A stretch of DNA of 64,000 nucleotides from Candidatus Moanibacter sp. (GTDB taxonomy: Bacteria > Verrucomicrobiota > Verrucomicrobiia > Opitutales > UBA2987). Shown here one piece after another: positions 9,213-18,995 of the stretch (within the stretch, counting starts at the first letter, position 1; each line of letters begins with the position of its first letter). Location of the stretch: assembly GCA_965215885.1 (NCBI GenBank), contig CBDCEW010000080.1:21820-85819 (forward strand), given 5' to 3'. The notes below the pieces were generated by a model. It did not search any database. It was given only the letters and a program-made list of their open reading frames with translations, and was not told the origin of the DNA. The translations under genes were made by a program, and so were the position numbers.

Positions 9213-9538
9213 GGAGTCGATCCAGCTGAGCGGGACCTCTCTGCTGTAGGGCAGAGCCTGAAACGCGAAGAAGAGCTTTCCCAAGAGCGCGAATGCATTT
9301 TAGCCCACTAATAGCGCTTTTGGGAAAGCCCTTCTTTGCGTTTCTTCACTCGCATAAGCGAGTTGGTCCCGCTCAGCTGAGCGGGACCTCTCTGCTGTAG
9401 GGCAGAGCCTGAAACGCGAAGAAGAGCTTTCCCAAGAGCGCGAATGCATTTTAGCCCACTAATAGCGCTTTTGGGAAAGCCCTTCTTTGCGTTTCTTCAC
9501 TCGCATAAGCGAGTTGGTCCCGCTCAGCTGGATCGACT
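9213..9538. repeat. Tandem dimer (151-bp period) of the cruciform element
   Basis: Two identical units sharing GCTCAGCTGAGC at the junction; near-identical to 7232-7409. Confidence 0.8.
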
Positions 9539-9802
9539 GGCTATTCTCCATTCTGCGACTGCCAGAGCTAAGTCCTCTCTCTATCCGTGCCATCCGTGAA
9601 ATCCGCGGTCAAGCTGATCCCGATCGACCTCACGTCGAAAGATACTTCCTGGTCCTGGCGCGGCGGGAGGATTCGGCTTCTCTTCTTCGTTTCTCTCCGT
9701 TTCCTTCTATTCAATTCTCTTCCCTATTCGTTGCCCTTCATTCATTCGTTGCTAACTCATTCCTTTGGTTGCGGTAACGCTGCGCTAGGATACGACAGAT
9801 TG

Positions 9803-10546
9803 CTAACCCGGCGCCCGGAGGATCCGGTAATCGCGGTCCTTTCCCTGAGCGACGGTGGCTTCGTTGTAGGAGAGGATGAAAGCGCGGCGGTGATTGTCGC
9901 TGTGGTTGCCGAGGGAGGAGTGAAAGACCTTATTGCTGAAAAGGACGACGCTGCCGGCGGGAATCTCACAGTATACCGTATTGGGCAGATCCACCTCGCC
10001 CGGTAGGAAACTCAGGCGGCAAGCCCCGTGGTCGCGCGAAGAGCGAGGTTCATGGTCAAGGATGCCCTGCTGATGGGTGGCGGGCGCTACACGAAGACAG
10101 CCATTGCGCCTATCCGTGTCCAGGAGGGGGACCCACAGGGACATACGGCACCGGCTGAGCCCGGTCTTGTACCAGTAGGCTTCGTCCTGATGCCAATGGC
10201 ATACATTGTTTGGCTCATTGGGGCCTTTGGAGATGAGTTTGGCCGAGAACAGGGCGATCCCGGGGTGGACCAGATCCTCAATCAAAGCGAGAATGCGGGG
10301 ATCGGAAGCAAAGTTTTGCGAGCGCTCGGAATCGGCGCCGAGACTGTGGATATTATTGCGCTTCTCTTCAGTTTGAGCGATCTCGGGGTCCTTCAGTCGT
10401 TCCTGGAAGCGCTCCTCCAGTTCCGCATTGAGTTCATCGAGTTCCTCCCTGAGGAAAACGTGGTCGACGATCAAGTAGCCGTTTTCATGAAAGAAGGCCA
10501 GTTGCTCGCCGGAGAGCTTGCGGGCTTTGGGTTTGGACTTTTGCAT
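9803..10546 (-). CDS. Phytanoyl-CoA dioxygenase (PhyH) family Fe(II)/2OG dioxygenase
   Basis: QLAFFHENGYL, WHQDEAYW (HxD), NGCLRVAPATH, FHSSLGNHSDNHRR; start codon uncertain. Confidence 0.9.
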   Translation of the reverse strand: MQKSKPKARKLSGEQLAFFHENGYLIVDHVFLREELDELNAELEERFQERLKDPEIAQTEEKRNNIHSLGADSERSQNFASDPRILALIEDLVHPGIALFSAKLISKGPNEPNNVCHWHQDEAYWYKTGLSRCRMSLWVPLLDTDRRNGCLRVAPATHQQGILDHEPRSSRDHGACRLSFLPGEVDLPNTVYCEIPAGSVVLFSNKVFHSSLGNHSDNHRRAFILSYNEATVAQGKDRDYRILRAPG

Positions 10547-11216
10547 CTCCTTGGAATTTAGATCACGATGGAAAGTTCGAACAGACCTTTCTCTCATCCT
10601 GGCTCTCAATCGTGATCTTCCGTTTTCCTATTTATTGCGTGATTAAGATCCACTCGATTGTCGTCGTCGTAATCGTAGTCAATTGTCGGTAAGGCTCAAG
10701 TTTTGAGCCTTCGATTATGACGACGATTACGGAAAAAAGAGATTGAAAATCCATCAGCTTCCCGTCTCCCATTCTCCTCCTCTCCGCGTCTCCCATCGTG
10801 GCTCTCAATCGTGATCCGCAGTCGACCACCCCATGCTCCATTAACAATTCACAGATTCTACAGCTAGAAAAGGGAGAGATTTCTCACGCATAGATCCCGG
10901 CAAGCCGGGACAAAGGGGCAAAGAGAGGAGAGGAAGTCAGAATCATTTTGCACGATAATATAGGAGCGTTTTGGCAACGGATGAATGGAAGACGTAGATC
11001 CCCTTCAGCGGGATGAGAACGTGGAGGTATTTCAGCGGAATCTTTAACGGTAACTTACGTGGTTGTCTGGTTCAGGGTTAAATTCGGCAGTTGTCGGGAG
11101 CAGCTAACCGTGTATCGACAAAGCTGACGACGAAGACGAAGTTTAACCAGAAACCAGACACCCGAAACCTCGTGTCAACTTTTCATGCGGACTCCACATC
11201 TTCATTTCTCTCTAAC

Positions 11217-11266
11217 TGTGAACCGTGAACCTCTGAACCCCTGAACCCTTGAACCTCTGAACCTTG
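11217..11266. repeat. Degenerate 7-8-bp tandem repeat (TGAACCyY)
   Basis: tgaaccg-tgaacctc-tgaacccc-tgaaccct-tgaacctc-tgaacct. Confidence 0.7.
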
Positions 11267-11297
11267 ATCCCCGGGTGTCTCAGTAGCTTTTCGGGTT

Positions 11298-12143
11298 TCA
11301 CTTCCCGGACCGCTTGGGCGGAGTGGCCGAGACGCCCGTCAGGCCACCGCTGACGGTGAGCACCTCGCCGGTGATCCAGGAGGCGGCCGGACTGCAGAGA
11401 AAGGCGACGCTCCGTGCGATGTCGCCGGGCTCGCCCCAGCGGCCAAGGGGGATGGCGCCACGTACGCGTTCGATCATCTCCTCCTCGTCGATGTTGAGAC
11501 TCTGGCTGCGCTGTGCCATGTTGCGCCGATTGAACTCGGTGTAGACCGGGCCCGGGCACACGGCATTGACGCGCACGCCATAGGCAGCCAGTTCCAGGGC
11601 GAGGGTGCGGGTCAGACTGATGATGCCGGCCTTGGCTACGTTGTAGGCGGCGACGAGGGCGACCGGGCTCTGGCCGTTGATCGAGGAGATATTGACAATG
11701 CACCCCGACTCCTGCTCCTCCATGATGCGGCCGGCGACACGGCAACAGTAAAAAGCGCCGGTCAGGGTGGCGTCGAGGACCCGCGCCCACTCCTGGTCGC
11801 TCAGTTCGACGATGGGGGTTACATTTTGGCCGACACCGGCGTTGTTGACCAGGATGTCCAGGCGTTTGTGGGCGCCGATCAACTCTTCGAAGCGGGCGTT
11901 CACAGCGGCGCTGTCAGTGACGTCCAGGCGGGCGGCCTGAACCTTCAGGTCTTGTTCTTGAAGCAGTTGGGCTTCCGCCTGCGCCTTTTCCAGTTGCAGA
12001 TCGGCTATAGTCACCTCGGCGCCGTTGCGCGCCAGTTGTTCGACCATGGCCAACCCCAGGCCCTGGGCGGCGCCGGTCACCACCGCGACGGCCCCATCGA
12101 GTCTGTGGTCAGAGGTTCGCTCCGCGCTCATGCGAGTATCCAC
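11298..12143 (-). CDS. SDR family NAD(P)-dependent oxidoreductase
   Basis: [18 protein letters not shown] (YxxxK), VNAVCPG; start could be ATG 12131. Confidence 0.92.
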   Translation of the reverse strand: MDTRMSAERTSDHRLDGAVAVVTGAAQGLGLAMVEQLARNGAEVTIADLQLEKAQAEAQLLQEQDLKVQAARLDVTDSAAVNARFEELIGAHKRLDILVNNAGVGQNVTPIVELSDQEWARVLDATLTGAFYCCRVAGRIMEEQESGCIVNISSINGQSPVALVAAYNVAKAGIISLTRTLALELAAYGVRVNAVCPGPVYTEFNRRNMAQRSQSLNIDEEEMIERVRGAIPLGRWGEPGDIARSVAFLCSPAASWITGEVLTVSGGLTGVSATPPKRSGK

Positions 12144-12224
12144 TATGGTTTGCTCGGACGTGATGGGTCAACAGATTTTGGTTCAAAGGGAGAAGCGGAG
12201 CCGGTATTGCTGTGAGGTGACGGG

Positions 12225-12497
12225 TTATGCTCTCTTATTAATCTCAGCCTCCAATTTCTCTGTGAGAAAGACCTTCATGAGTGATTGATAGGGAACATCC
12301 CTTTTGTTAGCGAGGGTCTTGTATCGCTCAATTAAGGATTCCGGAAGGCGAATCGAAATGGAGCGAAGAGAGGGCTTGAGGTTGGGAAACTTCGCCCTTC
12401 TCGATTGCGCCCAATCGATATAATCGGTGGTATCTTCTTCTGCCCAAAACTTCCGTTCTTCTTCTTCGGATTTAAACTTCGGAATTTGCTCTTTCAT
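12225..12497 (-). CDS. BrnA/CopG-like RHH antitoxin
   Basis: IPKFKSEEEERKFW...NLKPSLRSISIRLPESLI...VPYQSLMK. Confidence 0.8.
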   Translation of the reverse strand: MKEQIPKFKSEEEERKFWAEEDTTDYIDWAQSRRAKFPNLKPSLRSISIRLPESLIERYKTLANKRDVPYQSLMKVFLTEKLEAEINKRA

Positions 12498-12654
12498 ACT
12501 CGCGTCTCTCCTTCCTGCTCATGTCTCGGGCCGATTTGACTCTGACCATATTTTTCCGAACCGTGAATACCACTTGGAGCCGTCTCTCATGATCCGTCGT
12601 TCCGAGTAAATACCATCGCGATTCTTCGGTCGAGTGCTTGAGATCTTCATAGAT
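12472..12654 (-). pseudogene. C-terminal half of a BrnT-family toxin; N-terminus missing
   Basis: My translation: IYEDLKHSTEESRWYLLGTTDHERRLQVVFTVRKNMVRVKSARDMSRKERREYERANSEV*; abuts the sulfatase stop and has no start. Confidence 0.75.
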
Positions 12655-14108
12655 TAATACCGCCCAATCCGCCGTGGCCCTAGGTCAACCGAAAAGGCCA
12701 GCGAATCAAATGCTTTTCGAATGAGGCGTTCGCGGATCGAGAGGTGCTCTTCGCTCTCCCAGAGGTTGTTATGCTCCCAGGGATCACTCTCGAGATCATA
12801 GAGTTCTCCGCAGGCATGCCCATGGTAAACGGCGCATTTGTATCTGCGCTCACGGATCATGGTTCCATAGCTGCCGGCAAATTCGATATCGTAGCCGATC
12901 AGGTCGATGGTATTGTAGTATTCACTCCGTACAAAGTCACGATGGTGATCGGGCGATTTCTCACCTTCGAGAAGCGGCAAGAGGGAGCGGCCTTCCATGC
13001 GTTCAGGCAATGGGATACCGGCCAGTTCCAGAATCGTCGGCGCCACATCAACGAGTTCAACCAGAGCATTGCTTTGCAGACCGGTTTCAAAACGCCCTGG
13101 CAAACTCATGATCAGAGGCACGCGCACCATCCCTTCGTAGAAGCGGCAGCCGGAACCGGTCAGTCCGTGGTCACCCGATATCTCACCGTGATCACTCATG
13201 AAAATTACCAACGTATTCTCGCGCTGACCGGTTTCTTCGAGGAGCTTCAACAACCGGCCCACATTATGATCAATCAATTCGATCATGGCGTAATATGCCG
13301 CGTTCCTCTCTTTAATCTCCAGCTCGTCGATCTCTCGTGCCTTGTCTGAGAAATCGATTGCGCTCAAACGTTCTTCATTCTCTAGGTCGCTCTCTCTGAA
13401 ATGCGGTCCCGGCATAGCGTTGACCTCGTATCGCTCTTTATACTCGGGCGGCGGATCGAGAGGACCATGTGGATCCAACACATTGACGCTCATCAGCCAG
13501 GGCCGGTCGCGATTTTCGGTGATGAACCCGATGGCCTCATCCGTGCACCAGGTGGTTTGGTGGATCTCGGGCTTGATTGAAGTTTTATAGCCCGCGAATT
13601 CGGTGTCCGCGCCGGGCGGTTTCCGCTCGAAGACCGATGCGGGGTCGATCCCCTGGTCGAGCAGCCACTGCATATAGTGGTTCCCCTGGTCGAGCCGGGC
13701 AAACGGGGAGTGGCTATAGCGGAAGAAGCTGTAGCCGTCCTCGACCCGCTTTTCCGGACCCAGCCACGGTGAGGCGATGTGCAGCTTGCCGGACAGACCG
13801 CAGACATAGTCATGATCCGCCAGTAGCCTGGGAATCAGCGGCGCAGCATCGGAAAACGTCTCGTTGCCGTTGGTGCACGCCCGTATGCTGCTTGGATACA
13901 TTCCCGTGAGAAAGCTCGACCGGCTGGGCGTGCAAACCGCGTTCTGGCAATAGGCATGCGTAAAGGCCACACCTTCCCCGCACAGCCGGTCCAGGTTCGG
14001 CGTGTGGATATGTGGGTTGTTCAGACAATGAATCGTGTCGAACCGCTGCATATCGGAGGTGAACCATAGGATGTTAGGGGGTGTTTTCGGCATCTTTCCT
14101 TTCGTCAT
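12654..14108 (-). CDS. Sulfatase (formylglycine-dependent)
   Basis: PNILWFTSD, CTPSR (CxPxR), SGKLH, SDHGE. Confidence 0.93.
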   Translation of the reverse strand: MTKGKMPKTPPNILWFTSDMQRFDTIHCLNNPHIHTPNLDRLCGEGVAFTHAYCQNAVCTPSRSSFLTGMYPSSIRACTNGNETFSDAAPLIPRLLADHDYVCGLSGKLHIASPWLGPEKRVEDGYSFFRYSHSPFARLDQGNHYMQWLLDQGIDPASVFERKPPGADTEFAGYKTSIKPEIHQTTWCTDEAIGFITENRDRPWLMSVNVLDPHGPLDPPPEYKERYEVNAMPGPHFRESDLENEERLSAIDFSDKAREIDELEIKERNAAYYAMIELIDHNVGRLLKLLEETGQRENTLVIFMSDHGEISGDHGLTGSGCRFYEGMVRVPLIMSLPGRFETGLQSNALVELVDVAPTILELAGIPLPERMEGRSLLPLLEGEKSPDHHRDFVRSEYYNTIDLIGYDIEFAGSYGTMIRERRYKCAVYHGHACGELYDLESDPWEHNNLWESEEHLSIRERLIRKAFDSLAFSVDLGPRRIGRY

Positions 14109-14586
14109 GTTTTAAAGGTAGCTCGTCTGGTTGTATTGTTCAAGGGTTCACCGACAGACGGAGGTGTTTGAACTTCCTTCCATTCTTTTCGTAAGCTTCG
14201 TCGTAAGCTTGATCGACAGACAGACCAAAAAAGATGAGAAAGCTCGCGACAAAGTTTACGACGAAGCTTGCGACAAAGATTCCCTCACGGGGTGAAATGC
14301 TCCCAAACTTAATCGCAAGCTTCGTCGTCAACTTCATCGAGGAATCGATCATGTCGTTTCAGCTCGGTGCGCCCAGGGGCCATTCACGTTCAAGGTTTGA
14401 CTGAGCATCCTGAAAACACATTTCTAGATAGAGGCATCTCCACGTCACTTACTTCACCTACCACTGCAAACGGCCTCCAACCTTGGACTCTCTTGATTGA
14501 CCTCACCGGCAAATTAGCCCTCCTGTCATCGAAGCCGGCTGGATCGATCAAGGCAGCGACCCTATTGATTTTTAAAATAGTGAGCT

Positions 14587-15726
14587 ATGAAATATAAAGC
14601 AGCAGTAATCGGTCTCGGCCGCATGGGAAGTACCTTCGACGACGAAATGTGGCCGGGAACCACACTTCTCAGCCCCTATTGCCACGGCCCAACCTATCAC
14701 GCCCATCCTGCCGTCGACCTGGTCGCGGGCACAGATCCCCACGACGAGCAGCGTGCCATCTTTGGCCGGCGCTGGGGCATTTCTCCAGACCACCTCTACG
14801 CCGATTACAGGGAAATGCTGGCAAAGGAAGAACCCGATATCGTAAGTGTCTGTACTTCGGCCCGTTTACGTCCCCTCATTGTCCAGGACGTTGCCAGAGC
14901 CGGCGTGAAAATCATCTGGGCGGAGAAGCCTATTTCGATAAGCCTCGCCGAAGGCGACAGTATCGTCCGCGTTTGCCGGGAAGAGGGTACTACCCTGGCT
15001 ATCAACTGTGCCCGCCGGTGGTGGATCGGCTTCAGCGGGGTGCGCGATATCATCGACTCGGGTAAAATGGGCAAGGTCCTGCAAGTTACCGCGCACTTTC
15101 CCTGTGATTTGTCGCAAAACGGAAGCCACCTGATCGACGCCATCCGATTTTTGGCCGGCGGCGGCAACGTAGAATGGGTCTTCGGCGAAATCGAATCAGA
15201 CGAATCGGCCGCTGGTGAACTCGATGTCTCGGGCAACGGGTATTTCGCCTTTGATAACGGAATTCGCGCCTTCATTAGAACCATGCCTTGCGGCGACTCA
15301 GTTGGAAATATCTTTGAAGTAATCGGCGAACGGGGCCGAATTCACTGCGAAGAGCGGCCAGCTCACTTCGAATTCATTCGCTTTCAGAGCTTGACGGCAG
15401 TTGAAGACGGTCATCCCGCACCCCTGCCCAGAAGAGTACAACCAGCTGTAGCGCGCTATCAGATTCCCCTGCCTCCGAAGGTAGACGGGCTTGGAATCAC
15501 TGCCCTCAATGATATCATCGCAGCCCACGAAGAGGGACGCCCACCCCGCGTCTCAGGAGAGGACGGCCTCCAGGCTCTGGAAATCGCCATCGCCATGCGG
15601 GAGTCCCACCGCCGGGGAGGCGTCAAAGTGACCCTGCCTCTCGAAGATCGGTCCCAAGGATTGGTGGCCAACGAATCGACTCGGGATGATATTCCAGCAC
15701 GCGTTCGGCGGGCCATGCCTCGCTGA
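14587..15726 (+). CDS. Gfo/Idh/MocA family oxidoreductase
   Basis: AAVIGLGRMGSTFDDE, WAEKP; paralog of 3796 and 7879. Confidence 0.9.
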   Translation: MKYKAAVIGLGRMGSTFDDEMWPGTTLLSPYCHGPTYHAHPAVDLVAGTDPHDEQRAIFGRRWGISPDHLYADYREMLAKEEPDIVSVCTSARLRPLIVQDVARAGVKIIWAEKPISISLAEGDSIVRVCREEGTTLAINCARRWWIGFSGVRDIIDSGKMGKVLQVTAHFPCDLSQNGSHLIDAIRFLAGGGNVEWVFGEIESDESAAGELDVSGNGYFAFDNGIRAFIRTMPCGDSVGNIFEVIGERGRIHCEERPAHFEFIRFQSLTAVEDGHPAPLPRRVQPAVARYQIPLPPKVDGLGITALNDIIAAHEEGRPPRVSGEDGLQALEIAIAMRESHRRGGVKVTLPLEDRSQGLVANESTRDDIPARVRRAMPR

Positions 15727-15769
15727 CGCTGGTTTCAGTTGATACATTGCACAGCTGCGAACTCGCCCT

Positions 15770-15813
15770 GCCCCCTGAGAGACGCTCATGCCCTTGAGCG
15801 TCTCTCAGGGGGC
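15770..15813. terminator. Strong 19-bp hairpin between convergent genes (terminator or REP)
   Basis: GCCCCCTGAGAGACGCTCA-tgccct-TGAGCGTCTCTCAGGGGGC; no U-tract. Confidence 0.45.
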
Positions 15814-16028
15814 GGGGGATGGGAAGTATACCTCATCATCTAGCGTAAAATCCTAACAATCCCCGGCGCGAGACCGGGGGATTTCCAATCTCGCTAAAGG
15901 CTTGCCCCACTCTGCCGCTCGGCAGAGTGGCTAGGAAGATGTCGGTTGACGAACGCCCCGAAACTCGCGAACGCACCAAGAACGCTGATGAATCCCGCGA
16001 AGCTACGAAACTAAGTCCGACAGCTTCC

Positions 16029-18332
16029 TTAGAAGGTATAATCGACGGTCAAACCGTAGGCTCGGCTTTCACCCGGGGTCATGAGGAAGCGAGCAACGGA
16101 CGTCACGATGTATTCTTCGTCGTTCAGATTGTTGATCATGAGGTTAACCCGCCAGGGACCGCGCCGGTAACCAGCTATGAGCTTCCATAAATCATAACCG
16201 GGAACACGATAGGAGTCCGAAAAGTCGCCGGGCCGGTTATCAGTAATGTGTTTCAGGCCCAGGCCGGCGTAAAACCCTTGCAGGGGACCTCCCTGGAAGG
16301 TGTACTTCCCAAAGACAGAGTATTGGAATCCGGTTGGCACTCCCCGCTGTTTCTTGATTTCGCCCGTGTTCGCGTCCACTCTCCCGCTGTCGATATCCGT
16401 CAACCCGATCATGAAAGTCAAACCATTAATGGGCTCGATAACGAGATCGGCTTCCCAGCCATCCGTCACGGCCGTCCCCTCCTGGGTCGTGAGACTGATG
16501 AAGCCCTCCGTAGGGTGCAGGAAGTCCCTGCCTACCCTTTGATTCGTAAAGTCGATATTGAAATATGACCAGGTCATGGTGATGCGGTTATCCCAGAGGA
16601 ACAATTTCAATCCTACTTCATCCTGTATGCCCCACTGGTTATCAAACGGATCACCCAACTGATTTGTTCCGGACTGCGGAATGAATGTCTCCGAATGGTT
16701 GAAAAAGATGGAAACTCCCTCCCAAGGCTTACCCACAAAGCCGAATTTTGTTGTCAGGGCATCGTTGGATTCAGATCCCGACGTTGTTCCGTCGCCAAAA
16801 TTGCTGGTGCCTGTTCCGTAGTCGTAACGCAAGCCGGCCACAGCCAGAACGCGGTCTTCAAAGAAGCTTATACTGTCCTGGATCGCCCAGGCGAAGTTTT
16901 CAATGATTTGCTTACGCGGCTGGGTAGCATTGTCGTTTCTATAATTGGAAAGGACCTCAGCGGGATTTCGCGGTTGAATAGTAAAGACGCTCTGCTTCTC
17001 CGCATCCCAATTATGTCGGCGATTCAATGTGTGATGGCGAAGCGTTTCCCAATTAAGATAGGTGAAGACACGGTGCTTAGAGGGGCCGAGGGTGAATTCA
17101 GTATTCAGATCAACAGCCAGCACCCCCTGGTCGTAATTTTCCTGCCGGGTCCTGGAGATCGCGTTAGGGTAGACGATGATATCCACATCCTCGCCGGCCG
17201 CCTTCAATTGATTATACTTGGCGAACGTTGCAGTGGTATGGAATAGCTCCTCCTCGCCTGCCTCATTGAGGAGGACATTCCCCTGCGAATCCGCCAGGGC
17301 ATGATTAACAGTCAAGTAGATGCGGAATTGATGAGCATGGTCGCGGAAACGACCAACAATCCGGCCATGCCAGCGAGTGCCGAACATGTCGAAGGAATGC
17401 TTGAAATTGAGCTCGAAATCGTGCAGTTCCGACTGCCGACCGACTTCGGGATCAGCCAGGTTGGACATGGGAACATCATTCGGGATGACTCCAAAGGGCA
17501 AAACCTTGTCCGCATCGTGGAACCAGATGCCGCGCGCTTCGGCGAAATGGTAATCCTGGAAATGGTAGCGAAAAGTAAGACTGGTATTGTTCTCCTCATC
17601 GATCAAATAAGTAAACATGGGAGTAAGCGTGAACTCATAATCCTTGCCGCCATGGCGTGAATGGCCATCCTTGTAACCGCTAACAATTCGAGTAAGGAGC
17701 TTGTTATCGCTTCCCCATACTCGATTGGTATCGATGTAGCCGCCATACGTGTCATAGCTGCTGGATCTGAATCCGATCGAAGTTTTGTTCTCATTATGCG
17801 GGGCCTTCCACACCTGATTGATGAGACCGCCAATAACATGCGTTCCGAAGAGGACTCCCGCCGGCCCCTTGATTATTTCGAGCCGCTCGAGTACGAGGGG
17901 GTCTACATGGAAGGATGCGGGTCCTCCCGCCTCAATCCCGTCCCGAAAGGTCATGGTAGCGCTCGAGCTGAGGGCCTGACCCCTCATGATCATCTGATTG
18001 ACGCCGGGAGTGGAAGTCTTGTGGATACCACTGAACCATTCAGCAACCTCATTGAAATTGATCGGTGAAAGGTCATCGATGAATTCTTTGTTTGCTATCA
18101 GGACTGATACTGCAACCTTGTCCAGGGAGGTATTGATTCGCGTTGCCCCCAGCGTATAAAGCGAAGCCCAGCCACGGTCTTCGTCCTCTGTCACCTCAAA
18201 CGGGGTGAGAACGACAATTTCCTGTTCATCCTCAACTTCATCAGTCTGGGCGACCAGAAAAGCGGGTAGAATAAGTCCCAAGATTAGTCCCAATCTCAGG
18301 GTAATGTAATGTTGTTTATTTTGATTTTTCAT
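16029..18332 (-). CDS. TonB-dependent receptor
   Basis: Signal peptide, plug motif ERLEIIKGPAGVLFG, C-terminal NNLNDEEY...YGLTVDYTF. Confidence 0.92.
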   Translation of the reverse strand: MKNQNKQHYITLRLGLILGLILPAFLVAQTDEVEDEQEIVVLTPFEVTEDEDRGWASLYTLGATRINTSLDKVAVSVLIANKEFIDDLSPINFNEVAEWFSGIHKTSTPGVNQMIMRGQALSSSATMTFRDGIEAGGPASFHVDPLVLERLEIIKGPAGVLFGTHVIGGLINQVWKAPHNENKTSIGFRSSSYDTYGGYIDTNRVWGSDNKLLTRIVSGYKDGHSRHGGKDYEFTLTPMFTYLIDEENNTSLTFRYHFQDYHFAEARGIWFHDADKVLPFGVIPNDVPMSNLADPEVGRQSELHDFELNFKHSFDMFGTRWHGRIVGRFRDHAHQFRIYLTVNHALADSQGNVLLNEAGEEELFHTTATFAKYNQLKAAGEDVDIIVYPNAISRTRQENYDQGVLAVDLNTEFTLGPSKHRVFTYLNWETLRHHTLNRRHNWDAEKQSVFTIQPRNPAEVLSNYRNDNATQPRKQIIENFAWAIQDSISFFEDRVLAVAGLRYDYGTGTSNFGDGTTSGSESNDALTTKFGFVGKPWEGVSIFFNHSETFIPQSGTNQLGDPFDNQWGIQDEVGLKLFLWDNRITMTWSYFNIDFTNQRVGRDFLHPTEGFISLTTQEGTAVTDGWEADLVIEPINGLTFMIGLTDIDSGRVDANTGEIKKQRGVPTGFQYSVFGKYTFQGGPLQGFYAGLGLKHITDNRPGDFSDSYRVPGYDLWKLIAGYRRGPWRVNLMINNLNDEEYIVTSVARFLMTPGESRAYGLTVDYTF

Positions 18333-18619
18333 AACTTTTCAGGTTTTTGGTTAGTGTGTGATAATTTGATGGTTATAGGGTTCAGGGTTAGTTAGACAAT
18401 TCAATACAGGGCGTAAATCGCCAAAAGTTTGTATAGAGGCGGTGTTTTTATGCTGTCAAACCAATTCTTAGAAAAAATCGTCCGGTTCGATTGATAGGTT
18501 CTTCTGTTGCAAGGTGTCGAAATCCAGCATCAAAGCTGATCGAAATTGTGGATTGCTTCGTCGTTCCTCCTCGCAATGACAGAATCGGCCGCGCATTCTC
18601 GAAAATTCCGCGGGAGAGA

Positions 18620-18935
18620 GGAAACCGTTTCGCTCTTCCTGTCGTGATCATAATCGTAATCTAAAATCGAAAAAGGAAAAGATCGACGGGAGATCACGAT
18701 TGAGAGTCACGATGGGAGAGGGAGAACCATTTCGATCTTTCCGTCGTGATCATAATCGTAATCTAATTTCGAAAAGAGAAGATCGACTGGAGATCACGAT
18801 TGAGAGTCACGATGGGAGAGGGGAATGGCAGAGAAAGGGAGACACGGGGAAACGGAGAAGGGGAACGGCTACAACTTCTTGTCGTGATCATAATCGTGAT
18901 CTAAAATCGAAAAACGAGAAGAGCGACTGGAGAGC
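18620..18935. repeat. Three degenerate direct repeats of a roughly 100-bp unit built from ATCGTRATC-type microsatellites
   Basis: GTCGTGATCATAATCGTRATCTAA at 18641, 18743, 18881; reverse-complement relatives at 10590-10825. Confidence 0.75.
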
Positions 18936-18995
18936 ACGGCCCGGCATGAGCCCGCCGCGCCGGGATCTCGCTACGAAGTGTGTGAAATGTCCGGG

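Noticed and set aside
18620..18935. Possible CRISPR array
   Set aside because: Only three degenerate units, the intervening sequences are themselves homologous, spacing is irregular, and there are no cas genes
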